64,000 nt of DNA from Acutalibacteraceae bacterium (GTDB taxonomy: Bacteria; Bacillota; Clostridia; Oscillospirales; Acutalibacteraceae): assembly GCA_045541435.1 (NCBI GenBank), contig JAZQJD010000026.1, positions 164,842-228,841 of the forward strand. Direction: 5' to 3'. Positions 41,187 through 50,798 of this stretch are shown in pieces. Below the pieces are notes generated by a model. The model saw only the letters and a list, made by a program, of their open reading frames with translations. It did not search any database and was not told the origin of the DNA. The position numbers were made by a program, and so were the translations under genes. Every line of letters begins with the position of its first letter. Within the stretch, counting starts at the first letter, position 1.

Positions 41187-41801
41187 TCACCTCAACTTAA
41201 CCTTAATTTCCGGACCAAAATTGAGTGGCTCAAAATCATCGTTAACTTCCCACAAATAACTATACAAATACAAGATATGTGTAGCATTGGATGGGTCGGT
41301 TTTGTATTGGCGATAATTAGCACAACTTGTCCAGAATTGTTCTGCAGTAAATCGTTCGGGAAGTGCTGATATAACTCTTGAAAAAGCTTCAACTTGTTCA
41401 TCCGAGAGCTTCATCCATACACTATTAACTGAAGGATTCGGCAAATCAGGTGCACTATCGAATTTCTGTTTAAGTTTTGGATTTTCAGCAAAGACTGTTT
41501 CAATGGATTGAAGGACATCATCTGCAACAAGTTTGCACCATTGTGCATCTACGAACTCACAACCATTGCTTGGTTTCATTTTTGCAGAAAATCCTTTTTT
41601 CAATATAATCCAATCACTAAGATGGTCACCTTTTTTCCATGATATTCCGTTATATGAGTAATCTTCATCTGCATATTTAGGGAAAACACCTACAACTTTC
41701 CAATAGCCTGAACTATATTGGGTAACCCAATCACCAACTTTAAAGGTTGAATATGTGTCATTTGTTTTTTCTTTCTTGTGGAATATATCAAACAAACCCA
41801 T
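41187..41801 (-). CDS. Hypothetical protein (island cargo, no recognisable domain)
   Basis: 204-aa ORF. A 6-nt gap separates it from the downstream ORF. Confidence 0.4.
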   Translation of the reverse strand: MGLFDIFHKKEKTNDTYSTFKVGDWVTQYSSGYWKVVGVFPKYADEDYSYNGISWKKGDHLSDWIILKKGFSAKMKPSNGCEFVDAQWCKLVADDVLQSIETVFAENPKLKQKFDSAPDLPNPSVNSVWMKLSDEQVEAFSRVISALPERFTAEQFWTSCANYRQYKTDPSNATHILYLYSYLWEVNDDFEPLNFGPEIKVKLR

Positions 41802-41896
41802 AAATATGCTCCTTAAAAACTATATTATATGTAGTAATTATATCACATACCATCTAACATTTCCATAGCCAATTAATATATCCTTAACTACAAGCA

Positions 41897-41930
41897 CAGG
41901 TCGCGTGTTCGAGTCCCGTTTCCAGCTACA
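41897..41930 (+). repeat. Duplicated 3' portion of tRNA-Thr (attR-like direct repeat)
   Basis: CAGGTCGCGTGTTCGAGTCcCGTTTCCAGCT matches tRNA positions 40008-40038 at 30 of 31 nt. Followed by the hairpin terminator CCGCACACGAAAGTGTACGGG plus T-run. Confidence 0.75.
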
Positions 41931-42085
41931 AAAATGCCGCACACGAAAGTGTACGGGATTTTTACTTATTCACTAATAATATTGATATTAAAATCTTAAA
42001 TATTTCTTAAGATTCTATCGATTTGTTGTTTTCTGTTCTTTTTACTGCTAAAATTGTGATATAGCAAGCTGAAAGGAGCGGTTTT

Positions 42086-42781
42086 ATGGCAAAGTTCAAA
42101 TCAAATAAGAAAATAATAAAAATACTTATAATTGTTGCAGTAATTCTTATCGTGGCAAGTGTTCTTTTAAACGGCATTAACTTAGTACCATTCAGATACA
42201 GAAATGTACCTGTTTCTTTCTTAACTCCTGATTTAACATGGAACAGTAAGCCGAGTGATATTATTTTAAAATATGATTTACCCGAAGATATCGGCGAAGT
42301 AAATGACATAACAGGTGAACGCACTTTCAAATTTAAGTTAAATTATGATGAAAAAGAAGTATCTTTATCAGCTGATAACAGAGGTGCTCTTAATAGCGAA
42401 CTCCACCGCTATTATTTCACTATAGATTGCAAAACACCCGAAGAAGCAAACAAATACTTTGACGAATGTCATAAAAAGATGATGGATTTATATAAAAATG
42501 AGCCGGATTTTAAGTTTGAAGGCACAGAAACTGAAACTGATTATGAATTCAAAGATGGTTCACCCTGCTCTTATTCCTCTTCATATAAAAACGGGAAAGA
42601 AGAAATTCTGATTATAGACGATGACGGAAACGAAATTCCGGTTGAAGAAGCAGATAATGTTATACAAGTGAAAACAAAGGTAAACAGCTATGATATGAGT
42701 AATACAGTAGGTGTCAACTGGTGGCTTTCTTATTCCGAAGGGGATTCTTCAGTTTATTTACAGGCTGAAATTATGTATTAA
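42086..42781 (+). CDS. Hypothetical N-terminally anchored membrane protein
   Basis: N-terminal TM (IIKILIIVAVILIVASVLL). Acidic extracytoplasmic domain. Confidence 0.4.
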   Translation: MAKFKSNKKIIKILIIVAVILIVASVLLNGINLVPFRYRNVPVSFLTPDLTWNSKPSDIILKYDLPEDIGEVNDITGERTFKFKLNYDEKEVSLSADNRGALNSELHRYYFTIDCKTPEEANKYFDECHKKMMDLYKNEPDFKFEGTETETDYEFKDGSPCSYSSSYKNGKEEILIIDDDGNEIPVEEADNVIQVKTKVNSYDMSNTVGVNWWLSYSEGDSSVYLQAEIMY

Positions 42782-42793
42782 GCTTATAATTCA

Positions 42794-42835
42794 AACCACT
42801 CCGTTTAACAGATTTTTCTGCTAAACGGAGTGGTT
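42794..42835. repeat. Conserved hairpin family, copy 1 (bidirectional terminator)
   Basis: CCGTTTAACAGA-TTTT-TCTGCTAAACGG core with a conserved A/C mismatch in the stem. Confidence 0.6.
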
Positions 42836-42846
42836 TGTTTCTTGAA

Positions 42847-43842
42847 TTATTTAATCACTGCATATTTAAAAATCTCTTGAGCTTCTTCTTTGGTAAAGCC
42901 TGCGAGCTTGATTGCGTAAATCTTGCTTAAATCTTCTTTTGACTGGAAATACAAAAGATAGGTTTCAGTATTTTCTTCTGAGAGAATATAATGTCCCTGT
43001 GCCACTGCCCTATTATTTTCGGAAACAATATAATGGGAGTTACCGTTACCCATCGGCAATACTGATATTGCCATACTTGAATAATAGGCGCACGCCTTTG
43101 TATAATTCTCAAATGAACATAAAAGCTTTGCTTCGGGCGGGTCGCTTGAAATAAAATCTTTTAGCATTTTATAATTATAAGGAACTGCAACCTCTGTACT
43201 GTACCCATAATTCTCTATACCCTTTTTAGCAATGGCATAAACTATCGGATATTTTAAAGATTGATTAAAATATTTTTTATGTTCATCCAATGTAGGAATC
43301 GGCACACCTTGATTTTCATCGTAAATAACAATATTTTTACCTTTACCAAAATCAAGAATGTAAGTTCTTTCTATCTTCTTTTCCTTGTATTCACCAATTT
43401 CTGCATCTATATATAAATTAAAGTATTCGTTACTGTAATTACTCCTTGTATTGTCACCACTTTCAAAAACCTGGCAGGTATCCGTAACACCGCTATAGCG
43501 ACCCTTATCAAATTCGATTTTATATAACATCAACGGCACTTTAAGAAACGCAAATACGCCCAACAAAACAAGCACAACTAAAAATACTGATACGGTTTTG
43601 ATTATTGCTTTTTTCTTATCCTTTTTAAACATATTACCAACTCCTTTTATCAATTCTGTTGAATCATTGTTTAAAGCTTTAATTTCGGGTTGATTTGTTA
43701 ACTGCTCATATTCCTTTCTGCAGGATGGGCAAATATCCAAATGATTTTTTATAATTTCCGTTGATTCCTTACTGCAAAGGTCATCTATATACAGAGGCAA
43801 TAAATCCTTTATTAAGGAACAGCTTTCTTTATTCACCTTCAC
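42847..43842 (-). CDS. Anti-sigma factor (zf-HC2 zinc finger, single TM, extracytoplasmic domain)
   Basis: CSLIKDLLPLYIDDLC...HLDICPSCRKEY zinc-finger anti-sigma motif, then a TM and a 230-aa external domain. Overlaps the sigma gene. Confidence 0.65.
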   Translation of the reverse strand: MKVNKESCSLIKDLLPLYIDDLCSKESTEIIKNHLDICPSCRKEYEQLTNQPEIKALNNDSTELIKGVGNMFKKDKKKAIIKTVSVFLVVLVLLGVFAFLKVPLMLYKIEFDKGRYSGVTDTCQVFESGDNTRSNYSNEYFNLYIDAEIGEYKEKKIERTYILDFGKGKNIVIYDENQGVPIPTLDEHKKYFNQSLKYPIVYAIAKKGIENYGYSTEVAVPYNYKMLKDFISSDPPEAKLLCSFENYTKACAYYSSMAISVLPMGNGNSHYIVSENNRAVAQGHYILSEENTETYLLYFQSKEDLSKIYAIKLAGFTKEEAQEIFKYAVIK

Positions 43843-44329
43843 TCATCCTTTCTTCGATTTGTTTTTTTGCTCTGAAATATGTTACTCTCGCCCAGTTTTC
43901 TGTTTTATCGAAAACATCGGCAATAGTGGAATATGGCATATCTCCCAGGATTTTCATATAAAAAACTTCCTTATAGGGAGTTTCCAATTTAACGGCTTCA
44001 GTTAGAATTCTTTTAACATTTTCATTTTTAATTGCATTTTCTTCGGGGGTATTGTCTGCAACTAAATTGGGGTAATCTGAAATACTTTCCGCTTGCTTTT
44101 TCCTTTTGGAATTAAGAAAAATATTTCTTGCAATACTGCAAAGCCAGGTTTCGATTTTGCAGTCGTTTTTAAATGTATCAATCTTTTTAATTGCGTTATA
44201 AAAGGTTTCCTGCGTTATATCTTCCGCCAAAGCTTCATTAAGGCATAAAGACAAGGCATAGCTTTTCACATATTTATAATGCAAATTACACATTTTTTCT
44301 AAATCATCCAAAGCCGTCCCCCCTTTCAT
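43829..44329 (-). CDS. ECF-subfamily sigma-70 factor
   Basis: Sigma region 2 and region 4 motifs in a 166-aa ORF. Translationally coupled to the anti-sigma gene. Confidence 0.75.
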   Translation of the reverse strand: MKGGTALDDLEKMCNLHYKYVKSYALSLCLNEALAEDITQETFYNAIKKIDTFKNDCKIETWLCSIARNIFLNSKRKKQAESISDYPNLVADNTPEENAIKNENVKRILTEAVKLETPYKEVFYMKILGDMPYSTIADVFDKTENWARVTYFRAKKQIEERMSEGE

Positions 44330-44447
44330 TTTTATTTTATATGTAACAAATCCGCTTCAACCTTTTTGATTTTCAACTATTAGAAACATAAAAAGGCATT
44401 TCATTACAAAAATTTTTAAATATTTTTCATTTTTATTGTAACATAAA

Positions 44448-44484
44448 AATCCGCTTAACAGAATATTATCTGCTAAACGGATTT
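44448..44484. repeat. Conserved hairpin family, copy 2 (terminator of the SPFH gene)
   Basis: CCGCTTAACAGA-ATATTA-TCTGCTAAACGG followed by a T-run. Confidence 0.6.
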
Positions 44485-44524
44485 GTTTTTATCATCAACT
44501 AATTATTTATATCCAAATGAATGA

Positions 44525-45916
44525 TTAAAGCTTTTCGCCACATTCAAGGCAGAATTTTGCACCTGTTGGAATTTCTGCACCGCATTTTGCACATTTAATA
44601 ATCAAGGATGCGCCACATTCCATACAGAACTTGCCTTTGGATGTCTTTTTACCACAAACAGGGCAAATCATTTCATTTTCTGCAAGGTTTTCTACCTTTG
44701 CACCACATTCAAGGCAGAATTTTGCATTAGCAGGTAAGGTATTGCCACATTTAGCGCATTTAATACTGCTTTCTGGAGTCTGGACGCTACCTGCAAAACC
44801 ATTGAAAACCTCACCTAACTGACCGCTCATTGCACCTGCTGCCTGAAGACCAACACCTAAGCCGACGATATCGCCCATCATACTGCCACCGGCACCATCG
44901 CCCCCCATATTGCCAAGACCTTCTGCAAATGCTTTCTGAACATCCGCCTGAACATATTCTTTTTCAGTAATACCTTTAGCAGCCATAATTTCAGCTTCTG
45001 CAAAGCCTGCCATTTTTGCTGCCTGTGCTTCTGTTTGCGCTTTAATAAGCTCACGCTCTGCTTCGCGTTTAGCGACCTCTGTTTCGGTTGTCTGTCGCTC
45101 AAGCTCAATCTGTCTCTGAGCTGCAGTAACCTCCGCCTCCGCCTCTGCTTTTGCAGTTCGGATTTCAGTTTCTGCCTCAACCATTCTCTTCTGGAATGAA
45201 ATTGTATGTAATTCTCGAATTTTCTTGAAGTTGAGGTCATCTTCGGGCAAAACAATTGTTGTCACATAAAGCTGAGGAATTGTTAAACCATATTCTTCAA
45301 AGCCGGGTATAAGTTCTTCTTTAAGAACTCCTGAAAGGTCTTCAAGTCTCTCATCTATTTCAAGAATATCTATTTCCCCCTGCTTGATAGCGATTGGAAG
45401 ATTCGCTTTAACTGCAGTTGAAATGAAAGGTCTGAAGCAGTCGTTAAGACTCTTTGTAAAGCCTTCCCTGCTATCGCCCCAGGCAATGCCGTTTGCAGTA
45501 CCAACAAGCTTTATAAGAAGCTTACGGGAATCGGAAACCTGAAGATTCATTTCACCGCTGGCACCTAACTCAAGGGGAACACCTGTAAGAGAATCAATAA
45601 AACGAACCTTACTGTCTGTGCCCCATTTAACAGACATCTGAACAGTTTTGTTAATGAAATAAACTTCGCAATGGAAAGGTGATTCCCCACCTGTTGCAAG
45701 GTTAAGAAGATTGCTGAGTAAGGGAATATTCTGTGTGGTGAGAGTATATCTTCCGGGTCCGAAAGAATCAAGTGCCTGACCGTTTTTAAAGAAAATTGCC
45801 TCCTGACTTTCGTGAACAATCAACTGTGAAAGAATATTAAAATCCTCTGCAGGATGCTTCCAGATAAATGTACTGTTATCGCCTTCATATTTAATAACAT
45901 CTATAATCTTTGCCAT
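44525..45916 (-). CDS. SPFH/band-7 (PF13421-like) protein with a coiled coil and three C-terminal zinc ribbons
   Basis: SPFH-like N-terminal domain, an Ala/Glu-rich coiled coil, and three CxxC...CxxCG ribbons (CAKCGNTL..FCLECG, CPVCGKK..FCMECG, CAKCGAEI..FCLECG). Confidence 0.65.
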   Translation of the reverse strand: MAKIIDVIKYEGDNSTFIWKHPAEDFNILSQLIVHESQEAIFFKNGQALDSFGPGRYTLTTQNIPLLSNLLNLATGGESPFHCEVYFINKTVQMSVKWGTDSKVRFIDSLTGVPLELGASGEMNLQVSDSRKLLIKLVGTANGIAWGDSREGFTKSLNDCFRPFISTAVKANLPIAIKQGEIDILEIDERLEDLSGVLKEELIPGFEEYGLTIPQLYVTTIVLPEDDLNFKKIRELHTISFQKRMVEAETEIRTAKAEAEAEVTAAQRQIELERQTTETEVAKREAERELIKAQTEAQAAKMAGFAEAEIMAAKGITEKEYVQADVQKAFAEGLGNMGGDGAGGSMMGDIVGLGVGLQAAGAMSGQLGEVFNGFAGSVQTPESSIKCAKCGNTLPANAKFCLECGAKVENLAENEMICPVCGKKTSKGKFCMECGASLIIKCAKCGAEIPTGAKFCLECGEKL

Positions 45917-45952
45917 ATTAAAGACCTCCTATTAATTTATGTCAATATATTT

Positions 45953-47689
45953 TTAATTAATTTTACTAACCAAAGCCCACAAAACTAGAATTAAGGAAAG
46001 AACCGCTACACCAATTAAAATTTTGGAGTAATGTTTTTTGTTTTTGTTATTATTCTTTCGTTCTTCTTCGGCTTTTTGGCGTTCAATACGCTCTTCCTCA
46101 GCCTTGTGTTCTCGCGCTATTCTGTCTGCTTGTTCCTTTGCTTTGATTTCTTCGATTCTTTTCTTACAAGCAATGATTTTTTCATCAGCATCTTTCCAAC
46201 CGGGAATTTCTTCAAGAAGCGCAATGGCGTTCACATACTTTGCGGTATTTGAGCCGGTCATATTCGCCTCAGCCTCAGAAAGAATTGTATCCTTTCTTGC
46301 AATCTCACCTTTTTCAAAGCATTCCTGAGATTTTTCCTTTGCATCGGCATAGTCCATAACCTCAATGAACATATATCCTGCATTTTCAAACATCTGCTCA
46401 GTTGTAGCACTTTCCATTATTTCAAGGGCGTTTTCATATAAATCCTTTTTACGAGCATCATCTAAACGCCTTGCAATAATTTTATTGCAGTTTTTAACTT
46501 TTTCTTTCAATTCGCTATCAGCAAACCGCATTATTTTTTCATAATTTTTATTATCGCTGAACGTTGTATAAAAGCTACTAAGATTTTCAAATTTTGAGAT
46601 TTCCAAATCAGCAAAAAGTTTACCTAAATATGCACTTGCGTTTTTAGGGTCTTGATTAAGTACAGCTTCAAAAAATTCATCCGCATTATCCCAATCCTGA
46701 TCTTCAAGAAAATGAAAGCCTCTCTCCAAAAGTGGTGCAACATCAACATTATCGTTATTCAAAACAATTTTTTCTTTTGAGGCTTTAACACGGGTTTTAT
46801 CAATAATGTGCTCGATACTTTCCATAAGGCTTCCGAAGAAAGTCACATCACCCATATCAAGAGCCTGCATATTTTTAAACTCTTTAGGAATGTCGTAGGC
46901 ATCCATATTCTTATAGCAAGGTATAAGCACCTTAGAAGAATTGTCGCCCATCATTGATATAAAACGAGACCACTCGTTTTTAACCCATACTGCATTGTAA
47001 TAATCGTGCTTTGTACCTATGGCAAGCATAATTTTTGCACTTGAAAGAGCCGCATAAATATATGGTTCATATTCCGTACCGGCAATCTCACGAAGAGAAG
47101 CTCTTGAAAAGAAAACTCGGTAACCGGCTCTCAAAAGCTCGGTATAAATATCCTGAGCTATAAGGCTATCCTCAGTTCGTGAACCGGTAATATCATCAAT
47201 TTCTTTATAACAAATGAAAATATCATAAGGTTCTTCATTTAAGGCTATATCAAGTATTTTCTTTTGAATTTTATCAATTGCTTTGGCTTCGTCACGGTAG
47301 ATGTTTTTTGCAGTTATATCAGCATACTCGCAAGCCTGCTGAAAATCATCATCTTCCATAATGGCAACAGGCAAGGTACGATGGCAGGTAGGAACCTTAC
47401 TTCCATTTCCGTCATCTACATATTCAATACCATACTTGCAAAGCACCAGCCCCCAATAGGCTTCAGCTTCATCACGAAATTCTGCAATAATACTTTCATA
47501 TATTCCGGCAGCTTTATCAAATTCACTTTTTATGCGAAGGTTATTGGCGCGAGAAAAAAGCGCAAGCTTTTTCTCATCATCCAATTTTGGCAGAGTCTGC
47601 TGTGTGCCACAATATTCGCAAGTGGCAACAGATTGATTATCCGAAATCTCCAACGCTCCCCCGCACATTTTACATTTAAAAATTGCCAT
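45953..47689 (-). CDS. Zinc-ribbon plus TIR-domain protein with TPR-like/coiled-coil regions and a C-terminal TM anchor
   Basis: N-terminal CKMCG...CEYCG ribbon. TIR motifs DIFICYKEID and WVKNEW (putative catalytic Glu). C-terminal coiled coil plus hydrophobic tail ILIGVAVLSLILVLWALV. Confidence 0.65.
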   Translation of the reverse strand: MAIFKCKMCGGALEISDNQSVATCEYCGTQQTLPKLDDEKKLALFSRANNLRIKSEFDKAAGIYESIIAEFRDEAEAYWGLVLCKYGIEYVDDGNGSKVPTCHRTLPVAIMEDDDFQQACEYADITAKNIYRDEAKAIDKIQKKILDIALNEEPYDIFICYKEIDDITGSRTEDSLIAQDIYTELLRAGYRVFFSRASLREIAGTEYEPYIYAALSSAKIMLAIGTKHDYYNAVWVKNEWSRFISMMGDNSSKVLIPCYKNMDAYDIPKEFKNMQALDMGDVTFFGSLMESIEHIIDKTRVKASKEKIVLNNDNVDVAPLLERGFHFLEDQDWDNADEFFEAVLNQDPKNASAYLGKLFADLEISKFENLSSFYTTFSDNKNYEKIMRFADSELKEKVKNCNKIIARRLDDARKKDLYENALEIMESATTEQMFENAGYMFIEVMDYADAKEKSQECFEKGEIARKDTILSEAEANMTGSNTAKYVNAIALLEEIPGWKDADEKIIACKKRIEEIKAKEQADRIAREHKAEEERIERQKAEEERKNNNKNKKHYSKILIGVAVLSLILVLWALVSKIN

Positions 47690-47833
47690 AAAATTACCTA
47701 CTTAAATCACAGTTTAAATATTACATTAAGATACAAGTATACATAATAATTATGAACTTTTCTGAATTTTATTTCTATTCGCATTTACTACAAAATTCGA
47801 CACTATTTTTTGACATTACAGAATTATATATAA

Positions 47834-47871
47834 AAACCCGTTTAACAGAATATACTCTGCTAAACAGGTTT
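47834..47871. repeat. Conserved hairpin family, copy 3 (terminator of the BlaR1-like gene)
   Basis: CCGTTTAACAGA-ATATAC-TCTGCTAAACAGG followed by a T-run. Confidence 0.6.
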
Positions 47872-47886
47872 ATATTTTTTATATAA

Positions 47887-50784
47887 TTATTTATCAAACA
47901 ACAACACTTTATAATTACTTGAAACTAATGATTCACTCTCTTCAAAAACGAAGCTTTGAACATTTTCTTTTTCATAATGCGGAACAAGTATGAAATACAA
48001 TTTATTTTCAATTTGATAAGTTTGAGGCGTTAAATCGTGGGGCTTTGATGAGGAAATAAATTTATTGTTTTTCTCTTGTAAATAAGTAACGCCTGAATTT
48101 GCATTAGCTACATATTCCACATATTTTTCTTCATCCATAGTTAAAAGATAATATTCCGGTTGAGGTTCGGTTTTATCTATGTTCTTGGTTTGAAGAATAG
48201 AAAGCTCTGTTTTTTCAATAATCTCATCTATTGTCTGCATCCTGCCGTCATTTTTAGGATTATATTCAGAGAGTAAAACTATTTCTTCGTTAATCACATT
48301 GAAAAAAGCGGTATTATCGAAAGTAATAATAATATTTCCTTCAATCCAGAAATCCTCATTTGCTTTTGTTCCGTTATATACCCAGACATTAAATATGGCA
48401 TCTTCAATATTGCCTGTTGGTGTATATCTGATTCTGAAATTCTTGACCAATATATTTTCAAAATCAGTATTTAATGTAAATTTAATGTTGGATAAAATTT
48501 CATCAAATTGAGTCTTATCTGCAGGAATATCATTTTTTGAAATTTCATCATAAGTGCTGTTATCAGTTTTTATTGCAAGATATACTGTTTCTCTGTTGTT
48601 TTGGGTCTCTTCAGTTTCTCCCCATCTATCAGCTTTACAATATATTTTTCCATCCTGCACTAATTCAATTCTTTCAATTTCATAGTTTTGATTGGATGAA
48701 TATATACCGTTTGCATAAACTGTAACCCTAAAATCACTGTTTAAGCCTATGCTTTTCAATCTGCCGTTGCTTGTATAAAACAGTTTCTCATCATGAACAA
48801 CAAATTGTGGTGTTTTTGTTCCTATTCTATCAACTAAAACAGGTCCATCCGAGTACGTTTTATCATTATAGCACAGCCCATAAAACTGTAATTCACTTGT
48901 AGCATCTATAATGGCATAATAATAGTTTCCATAAATATGCTTTAAATCACCCGTATTTTCATAATATAAATTCAAGCCTAAAAGCGAACTGATATTTATA
49001 GCATCATATTCACTTTCATCACCGATATAACTTGATAAAACATGCTGAAATGGTTTAACAGTAATTTCTTCATTAGCAAGATTATATGATGAAAGTATCA
49101 GCTTCATTTCCTCAATACTTGCAAACTTATTAAAGTGTAATATTTTTTGAGGATCTATTGATTTTGAAGTAAGGTAACATTCAAAATTATCTTGACTTAG
49201 CTTTGTAACATAAACTGTAACGCCGTTTTCTGTATTCAAGCCAAAGAAATGAGGATACTTTTCTTGTAATTTTTCAATTTCTTTTTCTGTGCTTTCATCT
49301 GAAACGATAATCGAGGTAGGTCCGTCTGCTCCGCCGATTATGCCTATTGAGGAGCTGCTGCCTTTATTTTGAGATTTTTCATAAACAACCTCAAGCACAT
49401 CAAATTCAACTTCAATTTTGGTGTCTCGTCTATTCTTAAACCATTTTTTCGGAACAGAGAATACAAATTCTGTACCCGGACCTTTTGAATGGCAATATGA
49501 AGAATAGTGGCTGAAATCACCTGTTGCATCATATACATCTATTTTTTCGCCTAATTCCAGACCACCTTCAAATTGTTTTGCTTCTAACACATAAATCGTA
49601 CCCTCATTAGGTATATCTTTGTAAGTTACATCAAAAGTCAAGGTAAACATATCTTCATGACTGTACACTTCTTTAAAATTAAATTCTACAAAATCGTTAT
49701 AAGTATCCCGACCCTTAACTTTATAAACTCCATCCTGTTCAAACATTTCATCAGTTAACAGTCCCGTAACAAAAAAGATAGAAAAATCCTTTTCATTTGC
49801 ACTAATAACATCAAAGCCATCTTCATTTAAAATCCTATTCACCTTATCGTTTACAGGGTTGCTGATAAAGCAAATTGCTAAAACAAAGCTTATTATTACC
49901 GCAATTAAAACAACCCAGAATGCAGGTTTTTTGTAGTTTAAAACGGACTTGATTCTGTCTTTAACTCCAACCTCACCGAATGCAACAGGACACGCCATAA
50001 TCATTCTTCTGTTTGCACTGCAATTTAATAATGCAGTAGAATAAAGCTTTTTAAAGTCTGTATCGTAATTTTTAATTACTTTTTCATCACAAGCAGATTC
50101 AATATCTCTGCAAAGGAAAATATACCACAGCCATATCGCAGGGTTAAACCAATAAATTGACAGAATCAAAAATGAAATTGGTTTTATGATATGGTCTTTA
50201 CGCTTCAAATGTGATTTTTCATGCTCCAAAACAAATTCCAAATCTTCTTCATTCAAGCCTGACGGAACATAGATTTTAGGTTTAATTATTCCTAAAATAA
50301 AGGGTGTTTCAATATTATCGCAATAATAGATATTATCTTTATAAAGAACCGATACAGATACCTTTCTCTTTAAAATCACAAAAGAAACAAGGCTGTAAAG
50401 TACCATCAGAATTAAACCTATAACCCATATATATGATGCTATGCCAACCGCAACCATTAAGGGATTCACACTATAGCTCGGGTAAGGTGCAACAGCATTT
50501 GAAATTACAGGATTCACAACGTTATTAACAATATCAACGCCCGTATCTATTTGCGGATTGCTTGAAACGGTAATATTAGTGGGAATCGTTTCTGCTGACG
50601 GAACAAGGCTTAAAACACTTTCAAAGCTAAAAGGAAGACAAAGCCTTAAACCAACAACACCCCATAACAGACAATTTACCCATTTAGGAACCTTCTTTAA
50701 AAGTGGTCGCAGAATGGTAAATGCCAAGACTGCCCAAGTAGCAGTAATGCTCATATTAACAAGGGTTAAAAATAAATCATTCAT
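47887..50784 (-). CDS. BlaR1/MecR1-like M56 peptidase signal transducer with a ~650-aa C-terminal sensor domain
   Basis: N-terminal 4-TM M56 domain with the HEKSHLKRKDH zinc motif. A large extracytoplasmic domain of unknown fold follows. Confidence 0.7.
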   Translation of the reverse strand: MNDLFLTLVNMSITATWAVLAFTILRPLLKKVPKWVNCLLWGVVGLRLCLPFSFESVLSLVPSAETIPTNITVSSNPQIDTGVDIVNNVVNPVISNAVAPYPSYSVNPLMVAVGIASYIWVIGLILMVLYSLVSFVILKRKVSVSVLYKDNIYYCDNIETPFILGIIKPKIYVPSGLNEEDLEFVLEHEKSHLKRKDHIIKPISFLILSIYWFNPAIWLWYIFLCRDIESACDEKVIKNYDTDFKKLYSTALLNCSANRRMIMACPVAFGEVGVKDRIKSVLNYKKPAFWVVLIAVIISFVLAICFISNPVNDKVNRILNEDGFDVISANEKDFSIFFVTGLLTDEMFEQDGVYKVKGRDTYNDFVEFNFKEVYSHEDMFTLTFDVTYKDIPNEGTIYVLEAKQFEGGLELGEKIDVYDATGDFSHYSSYCHSKGPGTEFVFSVPKKWFKNRRDTKIEVEFDVLEVVYEKSQNKGSSSSIGIIGGADGPTSIIVSDESTEKEIEKLQEKYPHFFGLNTENGVTVYVTKLSQDNFECYLTSKSIDPQKILHFNKFASIEEMKLILSSYNLANEEITVKPFQHVLSSYIGDESEYDAINISSLLGLNLYYENTGDLKHIYGNYYYAIIDATSELQFYGLCYNDKTYSDGPVLVDRIGTKTPQFVVHDEKLFYTSNGRLKSIGLNSDFRVTVYANGIYSSNQNYEIERIELVQDGKIYCKADRWGETEETQNNRETVYLAIKTDNSTYDEISKNDIPADKTQFDEILSNIKFTLNTDFENILVKNFRIRYTPTGNIEDAIFNVWVYNGTKANEDFWIEGNIIITFDNTAFFNVINEEIVLLSEYNPKNDGRMQTIDEIIEKTELSILQTKNIDKTEPQPEYYLLTMDEEKYVEYVANANSGVTYLQEKNNKFISSSKPHDLTPQTYQIENKLYFILVPHYEKENVQSFVFEESESLVSSNYKVLLFDK

Positions 50785-50798
50785 ATTTCGCCCACCTT

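Noticed and set aside
41897-41930. Second tRNA gene
   Set aside because: Only the variable-loop, T-arm and 3' acceptor half is present (ACA instead of CCA, no 5' half). It is a duplicated att-type fragment, not a functional tRNA.
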